Assembly (NCBI GenBank): GCA_040830765.1
Contig: JBFOMH010000028.1
Coordinates: forward strand, 31,089 to 95,088
Length of the DNA: 64,000 nucleotides
Reading direction: 5' to 3'
DNA from: Puniceicoccaceae bacterium
GTDB taxonomy: Bacteria; Verrucomicrobiota; Verrucomicrobiia; Opitutales; Oceanipulchritudinaceae
The notes beneath the pieces are model-generated. The model was not told the origin of the DNA. It saw only the letters and a list, made by a program, of their open reading frames with translations, and ran no database searches. Each line of letters opens with the position of its first letter. Positions within the stretch are counted from its first letter, which is position 1. Both the position numbers and the translations under genes were made by a program. This document shows positions 47,447 to 57,853 of this stretch, piece after piece.

Positions 47447-48091
47447 ATGAGGAAAATCCTATCCATTGTTTTCGCCATTTCACTCCTGCTGGTTCTCGCT
47501 GGTTGCCGAGGCAAACCCCACCCGGTGCTCTTCGGACCGGGTGATACCCAGGTCTGGCCAACCCTTGATGCGGAAGCCTTGGAGCGGCAACAGGAGTCGC
47601 TGCGCAAGGTCGAACTGGTCACCTCGATGGGCACGGTTGTTCTCGAGCTCTTTGAAGACCAGGCACCAATAACGGTGGAAAACTTCCTCGATTACGTTGA
47701 GTCTGGATTCTACGCCGGCACCATTTTCCACCGAGTTCAAGCAGGCCAGGTGGTCCAAGGAGGTGGATTTACGGTGGACATGGACATGAAGCGAACCAAT
47801 CCGCCGATCCGCAACGAGGCCTCCAACGGGTTGCGGAATTTGCGCGGGACGGTCGGTATCGCCCGGACGATGGACATGAATTCCGCAACGGCCCAGTTTT
47901 ATGTCAACCTGGTTGACAACCCCGGTTTCAACGGCGATGGCATCACGGGCGGCTATGCTGTCTTTGGCCGCGTCTATGAGGGCATGAGCGTTATCGATGC
48001 CATGGCGCTGGTGGATGTTGGCGAAGTGGATGGAATGCAGAACGTTCCGGTGGAGCCGATTCTTATCCTCAGTGCCCGCGTGCTGGAATAA
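47447..48091 (+). CDS. Cyclophilin-type peptidyl-prolyl isomerase, lipoprotein
   Basis: LAGC lipobox; APITVENF, FHRV, QGGG, SATAQFYVN, YAVFG. Confidence 0.92.
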   Translation: MRKILSIVFAISLLLVLAGCRGKPHPVLFGPGDTQVWPTLDAEALERQQESLRKVELVTSMGTVVLELFEDQAPITVENFLDYVESGFYAGTIFHRVQAGQVVQGGGFTVDMDMKRTNPPIRNEASNGLRNLRGTVGIARTMDMNSATAQFYVNLVDNPGFNGDGITGGYAVFGRVYEGMSVIDAMALVDVGEVDGMQNVPVEPILILSARVLE

Positions 48092-48114
48092 CGGCCCCGG
48101 GCAGAAGCAATCCG

Positions 48115-48975
48115 ATGACCTCGGGCCCGGCGGTTTTAAGTTCCCAGTGGGATGCTTACTCCCTCATTGATTGTGGGGGCCGGCGCAAGCTGGAGCAGTT
48201 CGGCAACCAGCGCCTGATCCGGGGCGAACCCAAGGCATGGTGGTCCGAGGATTCCCGCGTTTCAGAATGGCGCCAGGCGGATGCTGAAATCAGCGATGCT
48301 GGAGGTAAATGGAAGTTGCGGGGGCAGCCGCCGCGGACATGGACGCTGGAATTCGAAGGCCTGTATTTCGAGGCACGTTTGACCGACATGTCCAAGCATG
48401 TCGGCGTCTTTCCAGAACAGGAGCCCCACTGGCGCTGGTTAATGGACCGCCTTGCCAACCGCAACCGTCCGCGGGTGCTCAACCTCTTTGGGTATACCGG
48501 TGCGGCGACGCTGGTTGCCGCCAGCCAGGGTGCGGAAGTGACCCATGTCGATGCCTCCAAGCCGGCCATCAACTGGGCCCGCCATAATCAGGCCTTGAGC
48601 GGATTGGAAGATGCCCCGGTACGGTGGATTCTCGATGACGCCTTCAAGTTCGTTGCCCGGGAAGTGCGTCGGGGGCGAACCTACGATGCCATCCTGCTGG
48701 ATCCCCCCAGCTTCGGCCGTGGTCCCAAGGGTGAGTTGTGGAAGGTTGAGCAGCAGATTGGCCTCCTGCTGGAAAATGTCCGGCGAATACTGGAGCCCAA
48801 AGATGGCCTGGTTGTCCTGACCATGTACAATCTTGAAGCCTCCTCGCTGATGCTGAAATGCCTCATGGAAGACTACTTCCCGGGTGGTCGACTGGAATAC
48901 GGTGAACTGGCCCTTCAGTGCATCGGTTCCAATCGCATGCTTCCCCTTTCACTCTACGCCAGGTGGGAGGCCTGA
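48115..48975 (+). CDS. Class I SAM-dependent methyltransferase (RlmI/RlmK-related)
   Basis: YSLIDCG..KLEQFG, KHVGVFPEQ, LNLFGYTG, LLDPPSFGRG. Confidence 0.85.
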   Translation: MTSGPAVLSSQWDAYSLIDCGGRRKLEQFGNQRLIRGEPKAWWSEDSRVSEWRQADAEISDAGGKWKLRGQPPRTWTLEFEGLYFEARLTDMSKHVGVFPEQEPHWRWLMDRLANRNRPRVLNLFGYTGAATLVAASQGAEVTHVDASKPAINWARHNQALSGLEDAPVRWILDDAFKFVAREVRRGRTYDAILLDPPSFGRGPKGELWKVEQQIGLLLENVRRILEPKDGLVVLTMYNLEASSLMLKCLMEDYFPGGRLEYGELALQCIGSNRMLPLSLYARWEA

Positions 48976-48987
48976 CATTCGGAATGT

Positions 48988-49311
48988 ATGGAATTTTTCA
49001 CGACAGATCTGGATGGTGTTACCCGGATGGAACCGGGTGCCGTTGATCGGCTCGACATCCTGACCTCGGTTGAAGAGGCAGTCGAGGCCGATTACCCGGA
49101 GGTCTACCTGACTTCCGGCAAAGGGATTGTGCTGGGCTACCGCAGGGGCGGTATTCTCCTCTGGGAAGAGGAAGGACAGGTTCTCCGGACCTTGGGCGGC
49201 ATTTCCCCCGCAAAGGCGGCTGAGGCCTGGACACTTCTTGCTGGGGGTGAGGTGGAAGCCTTGCAGGCACTTCCCTGGAAGCCGTGGCGGGCAACGGGAG
49301 AACGGTCATGA
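48988..49311 (+). CDS. Hypothetical protein
   Basis: ATG ORF filling the gap in a co-directional run, ATGA overlap with next gene. Confidence 0.65.
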   Translation: MEFFTTDLDGVTRMEPGAVDRLDILTSVEEAVEADYPEVYLTSGKGIVLGYRRGGILLWEEEGQVLRTLGGISPAKAAEAWTLLAGGEVEALQALPWKPWRATGERS

Positions 49312-50243
49312 TTCCCGCCGTCTTGACGACCTTCCTCTGGAGCTACTGTGTGATTGCCACGAGGCGCTCAATCGAGCAACTGGGGGAGAATCTGGCCAAC
49401 CTTGCCCGCATTCTGCTTGCTGTGGTTTGCCTGGGACTGATGGCTCATCTGTTTGGGTTGGGAATTGGTGGAGGAGGATTGATTTACTTCTTCCTCAGTG
49501 GCGTGATCGGCTTCGGCTTTGGTGACATTGGCGTCTTTTACGCTCTGCCGCGAATCGGTTCCCGCCTGACGCTGCTGATGGCTCAATGCCTTGCCGCGCC
49601 GATTGCTGGGGTGGCTGAGTGGGCCTGGCTGGGAACAACCCTCAGTTGGCCGCAAGTCCTTTCCGTGACCGTGATTCTTCTGGGCATCGTCATTGCCCTG
49701 GCTCCCCGGGATATTCCCAAAGCCAGCATGCCGACCTTCCTGGCCGGACTTGCCTTTGGATTGTTGGCCGGGGCAGGGCAGGGACTGGGGGCAGTCCTGA
49801 GCCGCAAGGCTTATGCAGAGGCTAATGCCGCCGGCAACTGGACCGGTGGGGAAGGTATCGTCGAGAGCATCTGGATGGGAGCCACGACGGGTTATCAGCG
49901 CCTGCTGGGCGGGGCCTTGATCATCGCGGCCTTTTTCCTTCTGAGTTTCATCATCCGTTCCTGGCGTTCGCACCCGAGGCCGGACCATGCGGGGGACCCC
50001 CTTTCCAACAAGACCCTTTATGTGATACTGACAGCGGCCTCAGGCCCCGTCTTCGGGATTATCTGCTTCCAATGGGCCCTTGCGACCACTCCCAGCGCCA
50101 TCGTTCAGCCGATTGTTGCCATGACGCCGCTGGTGGTCATGCCGATGGCCTGGTACCTTGAGGGAGACCGTCCCAGCACCTTGGCGATTCTTGGATCCCT
50201 GGTCAGCGTTGCCGGCGTTGTGCTTTTGGCGGTGGCATCCTGA
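49308..50243 (+). CDS. DMT/EamA family transporter
   Basis: ~10 hydrophobic helices, [11 protein letters not shown] motif, two-repeat structure. Confidence 0.85.
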   Translation: MIPAVLTTFLWSYCVIATRRSIEQLGENLANLARILLAVVCLGLMAHLFGLGIGGGGLIYFFLSGVIGFGFGDIGVFYALPRIGSRLTLLMAQCLAAPIAGVAEWAWLGTTLSWPQVLSVTVILLGIVIALAPRDIPKASMPTFLAGLAFGLLAGAGQGLGAVLSRKAYAEANAAGNWTGGEGIVESIWMGATTGYQRLLGGALIIAAFFLLSFIIRSWRSHPRPDHAGDPLSNKTLYVILTAASGPVFGIICFQWALATTPSAIVQPIVAMTPLVVMPMAWYLEGDRPSTLAILGSLVSVAGVVLLAVAS

Positions 50244-50296
50244 GATTGCTCGAAAGGGGTTGCTCAAACGGCATGGCCTCCCATAGTTTCCGGATC

Positions 50297-50797
50297 ATGG
50301 AAAACACGGATGCCGCAAAGGTCGGAATCATCATGGGAAGCATTTCTGACTGGGAAACCATGAAGGAAGCTGCGGCCATTCTGGAGGAGCTGCAGGTCCC
50401 CTACGAAAAGTCGATTGTCAGTGCCCATCGAACCCCCAAGCGGATGGTCGACTATGCGGAAAGCGCGGCCACCCGCGGATTGAAAGTCATTATTGCCGGG
50501 GCCGGCGGCGCCGCCCACCTGCCCGGAATGACAGCTTCGATGACCCACCTTCCGGTCCTTGGTGTGCCGGTTCGCAGTCGAGCACTCAGTGGAATGGATT
50601 CCCTGCTTTCGATTGTGCAGATGCCGGCGGGGATTCCGGTGCCGACCCTGGCTATCGGGGATGCCGGGGCAAAGAATGCCGCCCTCAGCGCGGCGGCCAT
50701 ACTCGCCCTGAATGATGAAGCATTACGGGAACGGCTGATTGCCTACCGCGAGGGTCTCCGGGCCAAGGTTGAAGCCATGGATTTGCCGGACGCATGA
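50297..50797 (+). CDS. purE: N5-CAIR mutase
   Basis: [33 protein letters not shown]. Confidence 0.97.
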   Translation: MENTDAAKVGIIMGSISDWETMKEAAAILEELQVPYEKSIVSAHRTPKRMVDYAESAATRGLKVIIAGAGGAAHLPGMTASMTHLPVLGVPVRSRALSGMDSLLSIVQMPAGIPVPTLAIGDAGAKNAALSAAAILALNDEALRERLIAYREGLRAKVEAMDLPDA

Positions 50798-51933
50798 ACC
50801 TGATTCCACCAGGTGCAACGATTGGAATGCTCGGGGGCGGCCAACTGGGTCGCATGTCCATCCTTGCCGGCCGGGCCATGGGCTACCGTTTTGTTGTCCT
50901 CGAACCAAAGGCTCCTTCAGCGGCCGGCATGGTGGCTGATCATCAGATTGAAACAGCTTATGACGATGAGACCGGCTTGCGTGAATTCGCCAGCAGGGTC
51001 GATATCGCGACGCTCGAGTTTGAAAACATCCCAGCCCGCACACTGGACATCCTCGCGGACTCGGTGACGGTTTATCCCGGTCGTAAAGCGCTTGAAGTCT
51101 GCCAGAACCGGGCCCGGGAAAAGCAGTTCCTCAAGGACAGTGGGATACCCTGTGCACCTTTCGCCGTGGTCCATAGCCTGGCCGAGCTGGAACAAGCTGT
51201 GGACCTGATTGGCAAGCCGGCTGTTCTCAAGACAGCTGACTTCGGTTACGATGGCAAAGGGCAGGTTCGTATTGATGAAGGCATGGATTTGGAACCGATC
51301 TGGGCACCCTATGAGGGCCACTCGGCAGTATTGGAAGGCTGGGTAGAGTTTTCGGGCGAATACTCGGTACTCTGCGGTCGTAACGTGCTCGGCCAGACCT
51401 GTGTCTATCCGCTCATTCACAATACCCACCGGAATCATATTTTGCATACCTCTGTTAGTCCGGCCGGTCTGGAAGAAGCCCTCGAAACAGACGCCCGCGA
51501 AATTGCCCTGGCAATCGCCGACGGGCTGGACCTCGTGGGACTGATCGCGGTTGAACTCTTCCTGACCAATGATGGCTGGGTCGTCAACGAGATGGCTCCG
51601 AGGCCGCACAACTCAGGACACCTGACAATTGATGCGCACATGACGAGCCAGTTTGAACAGCATATCCGCCTTGTCTGTGGCCTTCATCCCGGATTGGCCC
51701 GGCAGCATACGCCTGCCTGCATGTTGAACCTGCTCGGTGATGTCTGGAAAAACGGGGAACCGGACTGGGCCGCTATCCTGCAGGACACCAAGGCCAAGCT
51801 GCACCTCTATGACAAGGGAGAGCCACGGCCTGGCCGGAAAATGGGACACCTGACGTTTCTTGGCAAGGACACGGAAGACTGCCTGCACCGGGCCCATGAG
51901 TGCGACGAGCGTCTGCAACTAGCCAGTCAATGA
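50794..51933 (+). CDS. purK: N5-CAIR synthase
   Basis: [40 protein letters not shown]. Confidence 0.97.
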   Translation: MNLIPPGATIGMLGGGQLGRMSILAGRAMGYRFVVLEPKAPSAAGMVADHQIETAYDDETGLREFASRVDIATLEFENIPARTLDILADSVTVYPGRKALEVCQNRAREKQFLKDSGIPCAPFAVVHSLAELEQAVDLIGKPAVLKTADFGYDGKGQVRIDEGMDLEPIWAPYEGHSAVLEGWVEFSGEYSVLCGRNVLGQTCVYPLIHNTHRNHILHTSVSPAGLEEALETDAREIALAIADGLDLVGLIAVELFLTNDGWVVNEMAPRPHNSGHLTIDAHMTSQFEQHIRLVCGLHPGLARQHTPACMLNLLGDVWKNGEPDWAAILQDTKAKLHLYDKGEPRPGRKMGHLTFLGKDTEDCLHRAHECDERLQLASQ

Positions 51934-53543
51934 CTACCGGGAACTCTGCCAACGTGGCTCGCTATCTCAGCGAATGCGCCGCCTCCCAGCCAACAATGAC
52001 AGCAGTCCTGGCGCCTCGTGGACGCGGGGATGACGGCACTATCCAGTATGAAAAGCTGACCTTTTCCGACCTTCAGGCCCAATCGGAACAAGTTGCCCAT
52101 GGCTTACTGGACAAGGGTCTGCGTCCGGGCATGCGGACCCTGCTGATGGTCCGGCCGGGAAGTGATCTCATTCGCTGTTGTTTTGCCCTTTTCAAACTGG
52201 GAGCCGTTCCGGTTGTCATCGACCCCGGGATGGGCTTGAAACACTTTCTTAGCTGTGTCCGCCGTACTCAGCCGGAGGCACTGGTCGGCATCCCCATTGC
52301 CCAGTGGATCAGCTGCCTGTTTCCGGGAAGTTTCCGCTCCCTGAAGTATCGGGTGCCGGTTGGAAAAAAGTTTGTCCGCTGGTACACTCAGTTCCCTGAA
52401 AAGGGCTTCCCCGTTGCGGAACCGCAGGCGGACGAGCTGGCGGCGATTCTTTTTACCTCCGGCTCGACAGGTCCGCCCAAGGGAGTTCTCTACGGACACG
52501 GTCAATTTGATGCCCAGGTACGGCTCATCCGGGAGACCTTCGGGGTCGAGCCGGGAGAGGTCGATCTGCCCATGCTGCCGGTTTTTTCACTTTTCAATCC
52601 CGCCCTTGGGATGGCCACTGTGGTTCCGGAAATCAATCCGGGGAAGCCGGCCAAGGCGGACCCTGACAAGCTCATCCAGGCGATTGAACAATGCGGGGTG
52701 ACAAACAGCTTTGGCTCACCGGTCCTGTGGAAACTGATTGCTCGCCGGGCGGCCGAGAGGGGCAAGGTCCTCCCTGGCATGCGTCGAATCCTCATGGCTG
52801 GTGCGCCTGTGCCGCCCGGTCTTGTCCGCGAGTTGCAGCCCATCTTTCCCAATGCCCGTTTGTGGTCGCCCTATGGGGCAACGGAGTGCCTCCCGGTGAG
52901 TTGCATCGATGGGGAGACGATTCTCCGGGAATCTGCCGAGAAGACTGTTTCCGGGGCGGGGACCTGTGTCGGGCGACCGGTGGCCGGAGTGGAAGTGAAG
53001 GTTATTGCCATAGAAGAGAAGCCGATCGAGCAACTCTCGGATGCCACCGAGCTTCCCAATGGTGAAATAGGTGAGATCATTGCCACCGGCCCAAGTGTGA
53101 CCAAGGGATACGACAACCTTCCCGAACCCACTCGTCGGGCCAAGATCCAGGATGCTGAAGGCCGGATTTGGCATCGCATGGGGGATGCTGGATATATCGA
53201 TGCAGACGGACTGCTGTGGTTTTGCGGGCGGATTGCCGAGCGGGTCATGACTGCCGACGGACCTTTGTACACGGATTGCTGCGAGGGCATTTTCAATACC
53301 TTGCCGGGCGTGCACCGGTCAGCCCTGGTTGGTCTCGGCGAAGCGCCTGACCAGGAACCGGCCATTGCCATCGAGCCGGAACCCGGTGTTTCCCTGACGA
53401 AGGATGCGGTTCTGGAACACGGGGCAAAGCATCCGTTGACGCAGGGTATCCAGACAGTGTCCTATTGCCGGGCCTTTCCGGTTGACGTCCGGCACAATGC
53501 TAAAATAAACCGACTCGAATTGGCCCGGCGGCTGAATAAATGA
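51930..53543 (+). CDS. oleC: OleC-like beta-lactone synthetase (ANL family)
   Basis: IDPGMG, FTSGSTGPPKG, SPYGATECLPV, WHRMGDAG, FPVDVRHNAKI; adjacent oleD. Confidence 0.85.
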   Translation: MTTGNSANVARYLSECAASQPTMTAVLAPRGRGDDGTIQYEKLTFSDLQAQSEQVAHGLLDKGLRPGMRTLLMVRPGSDLIRCCFALFKLGAVPVVIDPGMGLKHFLSCVRRTQPEALVGIPIAQWISCLFPGSFRSLKYRVPVGKKFVRWYTQFPEKGFPVAEPQADELAAILFTSGSTGPPKGVLYGHGQFDAQVRLIRETFGVEPGEVDLPMLPVFSLFNPALGMATVVPEINPGKPAKADPDKLIQAIEQCGVTNSFGSPVLWKLIARRAAERGKVLPGMRRILMAGAPVPPGLVRELQPIFPNARLWSPYGATECLPVSCIDGETILRESAEKTVSGAGTCVGRPVAGVEVKVIAIEEKPIEQLSDATELPNGEIGEIIATGPSVTKGYDNLPEPTRRAKIQDAEGRIWHRMGDAGYIDADGLLWFCGRIAERVMTADGPLYTDCCEGIFNTLPGVHRSALVGLGEAPDQEPAIAIEPEPGVSLTKDAVLEHGAKHPLTQGIQTVSYCRAFPVDVRHNAKINRLELARRLNK

Positions 53544-54550
53544 TGAAAATTCTGGTTACAGGAGGCGGAGGATTCCTCGGCCGTTATATTGTTCGTGAGC
53601 TTATTCAGGCAGGGCATCGTGTCGCGTCCCTGCAACGAAGTGCGCATCCGGACTTGGAAGAGCTGGGTGTGACAGTGGTTTGTGGTTCCCTGTTGGACAC
53701 AGAAGCTGTACGCACGGCCCTGTCCGGGTGCGATGCGGTCATCCATACGGCTGCCAAGGCGGGTGTTTGGGGTTCCCGGTCAGAGTTCTTTGCCACTAAC
53801 GTGGATGGTACCCGCGAACTCCTCCACCTGATGGATGAGGAGGGGACAGACAAGCTGGTCTACTGCAGCTCACCCAGTGTCGTTTTCAATGGAGGGTCCT
53901 TCAACGGAGCGGATGAGTCCCTGCCTTATGGACGCAACTGGCATTGCCCATACCCGGAAAGTAAAGCACTGGCCGAACAAATGGTCTTGGCCTGGGGCAG
54001 GGAAGGGCGCGGCCGGGTGATTGCCCTGCGGCCACACCTGATGTGGGGTATCGGTGATCCGCACGTGCTTCCACCGGTCATTCGGCGCAGCGAGGCGGGT
54101 CGCCTTCGGATTGTCGGCGACGGCAGAAACCGGATTGATGTGACGCGGGTCGAGAATTCAGCCCGGGCCCACTTGTTGGCCTTGCAGGCGTTGGACAAGC
54201 CATCAGCAGTCAATCGCGCCTATTTCCTTTCGCAGGGTCAGCCAGTGGTCTTATGGGACTGGCTCAATGACATTCTTGAAGGCCTGGAAATGCCGCGGTT
54301 GCAGAAAAAGATTTCCCATCCTGCAGCGTTCCGTATCGGGGGTATCTGCGAGCTGGTGTGGCGCCTACTTGGCAAGGAGTCGATTCCGCCCATGACCCGG
54401 TTTGTCGCCCAGCAGATGGCCAAGAGCCACTGGTTTTCCATAGAGGCTGCCCGTCGGGAATTGCATTACCGGCCGGAGGCGTTTCCTTCCGATGAAGGTC
54501 TGGAAAGGTATCTGGCAGCTTGGAAAGCCGGTGAAACGCCCCGTGCTTAG
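53540..54550 (+). CDS. oleD: OleD-like 2-alkyl-3-oxoalkanoate reductase (3-beta-HSD family SDR)
   Basis: TGGGGFLG, HTAAKAGVWG, SSPSVV, YPESK, PPMTRF. Confidence 0.85.
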   Translation: MMKILVTGGGGFLGRYIVRELIQAGHRVASLQRSAHPDLEELGVTVVCGSLLDTEAVRTALSGCDAVIHTAAKAGVWGSRSEFFATNVDGTRELLHLMDEEGTDKLVYCSSPSVVFNGGSFNGADESLPYGRNWHCPYPESKALAEQMVLAWGREGRGRVIALRPHLMWGIGDPHVLPPVIRRSEAGRLRIVGDGRNRIDVTRVENSARAHLLALQALDKPSAVNRAYFLSQGQPVVLWDWLNDILEGLEMPRLQKKISHPAAFRIGGICELVWRLLGKESIPPMTRFVAQQMAKSHWFSIEAARRELHYRPEAFPSDEGLERYLAAWKAGETPRA

Positions 54551-54603
54551 GCTTGTTCCGCTAAGGACTGGAAAATTCCTGAATTCTGACTAGCTTCTCC
54601 CCC

Positions 54604-55053
54604 ATGCCAGAACGATTGCCCGGACGCTACTATTTCGACACGGAGACGTACTACGACCAACTGGACGGGCAGATGATCCTGCACCATCCGCGGTACTTTG
54701 TCTTTATCGAAAGGGCCCAGCAGGCCTGGATGGAATCGGTCCTCGGCGCGCCCAAGTTCGATTGGCGCAACTTCCCTGACATGTACCTTGTCGTCCGCAA
54801 GCTGGAGGCGGAGTACATTGTTCCTATCGAGGGGGTCCGCGATATTACAGTCGTCCTGTGGCCGGTCTCGATTCGTGCCGCCAAGCTGGAAATTCACTTT
54901 GAAATCCGCAGTCCGGACCTGGAGACCCTCTACTGCCGGGGTATGCGCCTCAATTGCAAGGTCGATAAGGAAACCCACCGGCCCGTCTTCTGGACTGATG
55001 CCTTTATGGAGGCCTGTGAGAAGGAAATAAGGCTTAAAGAGTCGGCCCTTTAG
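54604..55053 (+). CDS. Hot-dog-fold acyl-CoA thioesterase (YbgC/FadM-like)
   Basis: DQLDGQMILHHPRYFVFIERA, VVRKLEAEYIVP. Confidence 0.75.
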   Translation: MPERLPGRYYFDTETYYDQLDGQMILHHPRYFVFIERAQQAWMESVLGAPKFDWRNFPDMYLVVRKLEAEYIVPIEGVRDITVVLWPVSIRAAKLEIHFEIRSPDLETLYCRGMRLNCKVDKETHRPVFWTDAFMEACEKEIRLKESAL

Positions 55054-55092
55054 GGCCTGGTTACGTCACAACCGGCCCTGAAGGGCCGACTC
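55039..55092. repeat. REP-like palindrome / terminator overlapping the thioesterase stop
   Basis: gagtcggccctt...aagggccgactc 12-bp arms with further inner pairing. Confidence 0.7.
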
Positions 55093-55109
55093 TCGATGGT
55101 TAACTTTTT

Positions 55110-55137
55110 TGTAACCGCTGATGGGATATCCCCGAAT
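55110..55137 (+). promoter_or_regulatory. Putative ECF-sigma promoter
   Basis: TGTAAC-N17-CGAA upstream of an operon encoding an ECF sigma factor. Confidence 0.45.
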
Positions 55138-55196
55138 CCATGGATGAACCGGCATCATGGAGATGCCCAGCCTGTCCAAAACCGCTTTTAATCGCC

Positions 55197-56270
55197 ATGA
55201 AATTCACCATCTCATTCGCCATTCTCTTCTCATTCGGGGCCCTGACCGCCCCTCAAACGGTCCACTCCGGTCCGGTCGTGGAAGGAGCCATTCCTTCCGA
55301 GGTTGACTGGTTTGTTCATGTGGACATGGAAATGCTGCGCGCCTCGAAGACGGGCAGTGCCTTCCATGACGAGTTCAAGGCCATCATTCCCATTCCCAAC
55401 AAGGACGAATTGCCGATCGATCCCATCCTGATCGCTGACGGAGTCACCGGCATCACCGTCTTTGGAACCATGCCTGACTTTTCCCAGGAAAACTTCGAGC
55501 CCGATGCGGTTGTGATCCTGGAGGGAACGGGTGACCTCTTGCAGGTAGCCAAGGGCCTCGTATCCGGCATGCAGATTGAGCAACCCGAAGCCATCGTGCC
55601 TGTGGAAGGCGACAGTAATGGCATCCTTTCCATCCAGGGAGGGCAAATCTACGGTTCCTTTGTCGATGAAAACCGGCTCGCCCTGAGCAAGACCCTTCCC
55701 AGCCTGCAGAATTTCTTTAGTACCTACAATGGAACGAGTGCCCACATAAATCTCTCCGAGCGCTTTGCCATCTACTCCGGCGATGCGGCTTCGGGCATCT
55801 TTTTCGGTGCCTTTGTGGAGGGGCTTAATGAATTTGAAGGTCTCCCGGCCCAAGCCCGTATCCTCCAGCTGACCGAAGCGGTCTCCCTGCAACTGGGCGA
55901 ACAAGGGGATTACCTGAACCTCCTGACCTCCCTGATGACTGCCGATGAAAAGACGGCGGCCCAGGTGAGTGAGGTCCTCAAGGGATTGATTGCGGTATTC
56001 GCGCTCAGTAATCCAGGGAATCCGGAAATCACCACCCTTGTGCAGTCGGCCAAGGTCAGCCTCAACGAGCGGACGGTTTCCCTCAACATTTCCTATCCGG
56101 TCGAGGCCGCCGTGGTCTGGGCCCAGACCCTGGCCCAGATGGCCAAGGCGGAAATGGAAGCTGAGAAGGCTGCTGAGGAAGCTGAAGCCGCCGCCGAGGA
56201 AGCCGAAGCCGCTGCCGCGGAGGCCGAAGCTGAGGCAGAGGCCACTGCAGACCCGGAAACCGCCGGCTAA
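55197..56270 (+). CDS. Exported hypothetical protein with acidic Ala/Glu tail
   Basis: MKFTISFAILFSFGALT signal peptide; first gene of ECF operon. Confidence 0.8.
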   Translation: MKFTISFAILFSFGALTAPQTVHSGPVVEGAIPSEVDWFVHVDMEMLRASKTGSAFHDEFKAIIPIPNKDELPIDPILIADGVTGITVFGTMPDFSQENFEPDAVVILEGTGDLLQVAKGLVSGMQIEQPEAIVPVEGDSNGILSIQGGQIYGSFVDENRLALSKTLPSLQNFFSTYNGTSAHINLSERFAIYSGDAASGIFFGAFVEGLNEFEGLPAQARILQLTEAVSLQLGEQGDYLNLLTSLMTADEKTAAQVSEVLKGLIAVFALSNPGNPEITTLVQSAKVSLNERTVSLNISYPVEAAVVWAQTLAQMAKAEMEAEKAAEEAEAAAEEAEAAAAEAEAEAEATADPETAG

Positions 56271-56309
56271 TGGGAATTGTCTTTTCCGGGAAAAGCCCAA
56301 GGATGAAAG

Positions 56310-56885
56310 ATGCGCCCGCTTGAGATGACAATCAGTATGGTTCAGCCAACTCATCAGGAATCCGAGAATAACGTGGCCCTGGCCGGTTTCTCGGAGCTGA
56401 CCAAGGCGTACTACGAGCAGGTCTATCACTTCATCGCCAAGCAAAGTCCCAACCAGGCGGATGCTGCAGACATCACCCAGCAGACCTTCGTCCGGGCCTT
56501 CAAGAGTTTCCACAAGTTTGATTCGCAACGGGAGTTTGCCCCGTGGATCTATACCATCGCCCGGCGCTCCGTGGCGGACTTCTACCGCCAGCGCAAGCAG
56601 ACCACTGTTGACCTGGATGAATCCCTTGCCGACCCGGAACCAGGCCCGCGGGAGCAAACGGTCGCGGCGGACAACAAGGAGAACCTCTGGGAACTGGCGC
56701 GGGGCCTGAAAGTGAAGTACTACCAGGTCCTGCTGTTACACTATAAGGAGAATTTCGATTTACGTGAGACGGCCAGCATCATGGGGGTCAGCCTGACCCA
56801 TGCCAAAGTGCTTTTGTTTCGCGCCCGGGCCGCTCTCAAGAAGCGGATTGAATCAACCCAAGCCATCGGAGGATTAACCCAATGA
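56310..56885 (+). CDS. ECF RNA polymerase sigma factor (start uncertain)
   Basis: DAADITQQTFVRAF, FAPWIYTIARR, region 4 ETASIMGVS..KVLLFRAR. Confidence 0.92.
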   Translation: MRPLEMTISMVQPTHQESENNVALAGFSELTKAYYEQVYHFIAKQSPNQADAADITQQTFVRAFKSFHKFDSQREFAPWIYTIARRSVADFYRQRKQTTVDLDESLADPEPGPREQTVAADNKENLWELARGLKVKYYQVLLLHYKENFDLRETASIMGVSLTHAKVLLFRARAALKKRIESTQAIGGLTQ

Positions 56886-57490
56886 AAAGGTGGATTGCCA
56901 AACAATGGATAGCAGCGGCGGAGATATTCGGCTGGAACGTACCCGCATGGGTTCGCCGGTTGATTCCGTCCAGTGAATTTGAGAACCAGGTTTCCCTTGA
57001 GCGGGAGTTGACGGAAAGCCTCAAGAACGACGCCCCGAGGGACTTCCCGGAACCAGCCTTCCTGGAACAACGCATCGAGCGTGCCGTTGTTGAGCAAGGC
57101 GAGACGGTCCGTCCCGGATGGCGCTGGATCGACCTGCTGGTGCCGTCCTCCGCGTTCGCCATGGCGGTCGTGGTCGGTTTTGTCATGCTGTCCCGCCCGG
57201 ATGCGCAGCAGCAAGTTGATATTCCTTCCGAAGCTCCGGAACTGGCAGTCGTGGATACGGTACCTGAAACCGGTGTTTCCCCGCGCACGCTGACACGTAT
57301 TGGCGAAGGGTTGTCGACGCTGGAACAGGGCCTGATCATGAAGCCCCTGGAATCGGAACAGAAGCGATTGGCGGCTGATGTTGCTGGCGCACTGAAGTTT
57401 GTCTCCAGCAGCATCCTGCCGGATGCCTATGCGACTGGCGTCAATTCCCGTTTGGATTCCCTTAAGGAGGAAGTTTCCCGTTCCATTTGA
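56882..57490 (+). CDS. Putative membrane anti-sigma factor
   Basis: ATGA overlap with ECF sigma; single central TM (AFAMAVVVGFVML). Confidence 0.65.
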   Translation: MKRWIAKQWIAAAEIFGWNVPAWVRRLIPSSEFENQVSLERELTESLKNDAPRDFPEPAFLEQRIERAVVEQGETVRPGWRWIDLLVPSSAFAMAVVVGFVMLSRPDAQQQVDIPSEAPELAVVDTVPETGVSPRTLTRIGEGLSTLEQGLIMKPLESEQKRLAADVAGALKFVSSSILPDAYATGVNSRLDSLKEEVSRSI

Positions 57491-57501
57491 TGGGAAAAAT
57501 T

Positions 57502-57687
57502 AAGCCCTCCGGTGATGCCGTAACGGAAATTCGTGCTCTTTTTCCTATTGATTAGAATAGGTGGGTGCCCCTATTCCCGCTTTTGTCTTCCGGTTTACGG
57601 CCTGACAGCCACGAGACTTCAGAACTCCCGTTGATGAATTATCAGGGAAGAGCGCAGTGAAAATCGCTCGCACATCCCAGAGGGCTT
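57502..57687 (-). ncRNA. ssrS: Probable 6S RNA
   Basis: ~186 nt; 5' aagccctctgggatg pairs with 3' catcaccggagggctt; inner gctctt/aagagc stem flanking a central bubble; ggcacccacct motif; TTGACG ~40 nt upstream. Confidence 0.7.
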
Positions 57688-57759
57688 TAAACCATCTAAA
57701 ATGAAGCACAGGATCGGGGCCCGTCAAACAAGAATTTCGGGTGGTCCGGCCCCAATGGA

Positions 57760-57847
57760 GTACAGGCGTCCCGCCTGTACGTGACACCTACAGGCGAGAC
57801 GCCTGTAGTCCTTTGCGGGGTGGCAGCTACAGGCGAGGTGCCTGTAG
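57760..57847. repeat. Cluster of three REP-like 21-bp palindromes
   Basis: gtacaggcg-tcc-cgcctgtac (57760), ctacaggcg-aga-cgcctgtag (57788), ctacaggcg-agg-tgcctgtag (57827). Confidence 0.85.
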
Positions 57848-57853
57848 TTCCCC

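Noticed and set aside
55230..56657. 475-aa minus-strand ORF
   Set aside because: Antisense to the exported protein and ECF sigma genes, which have clear protein features.
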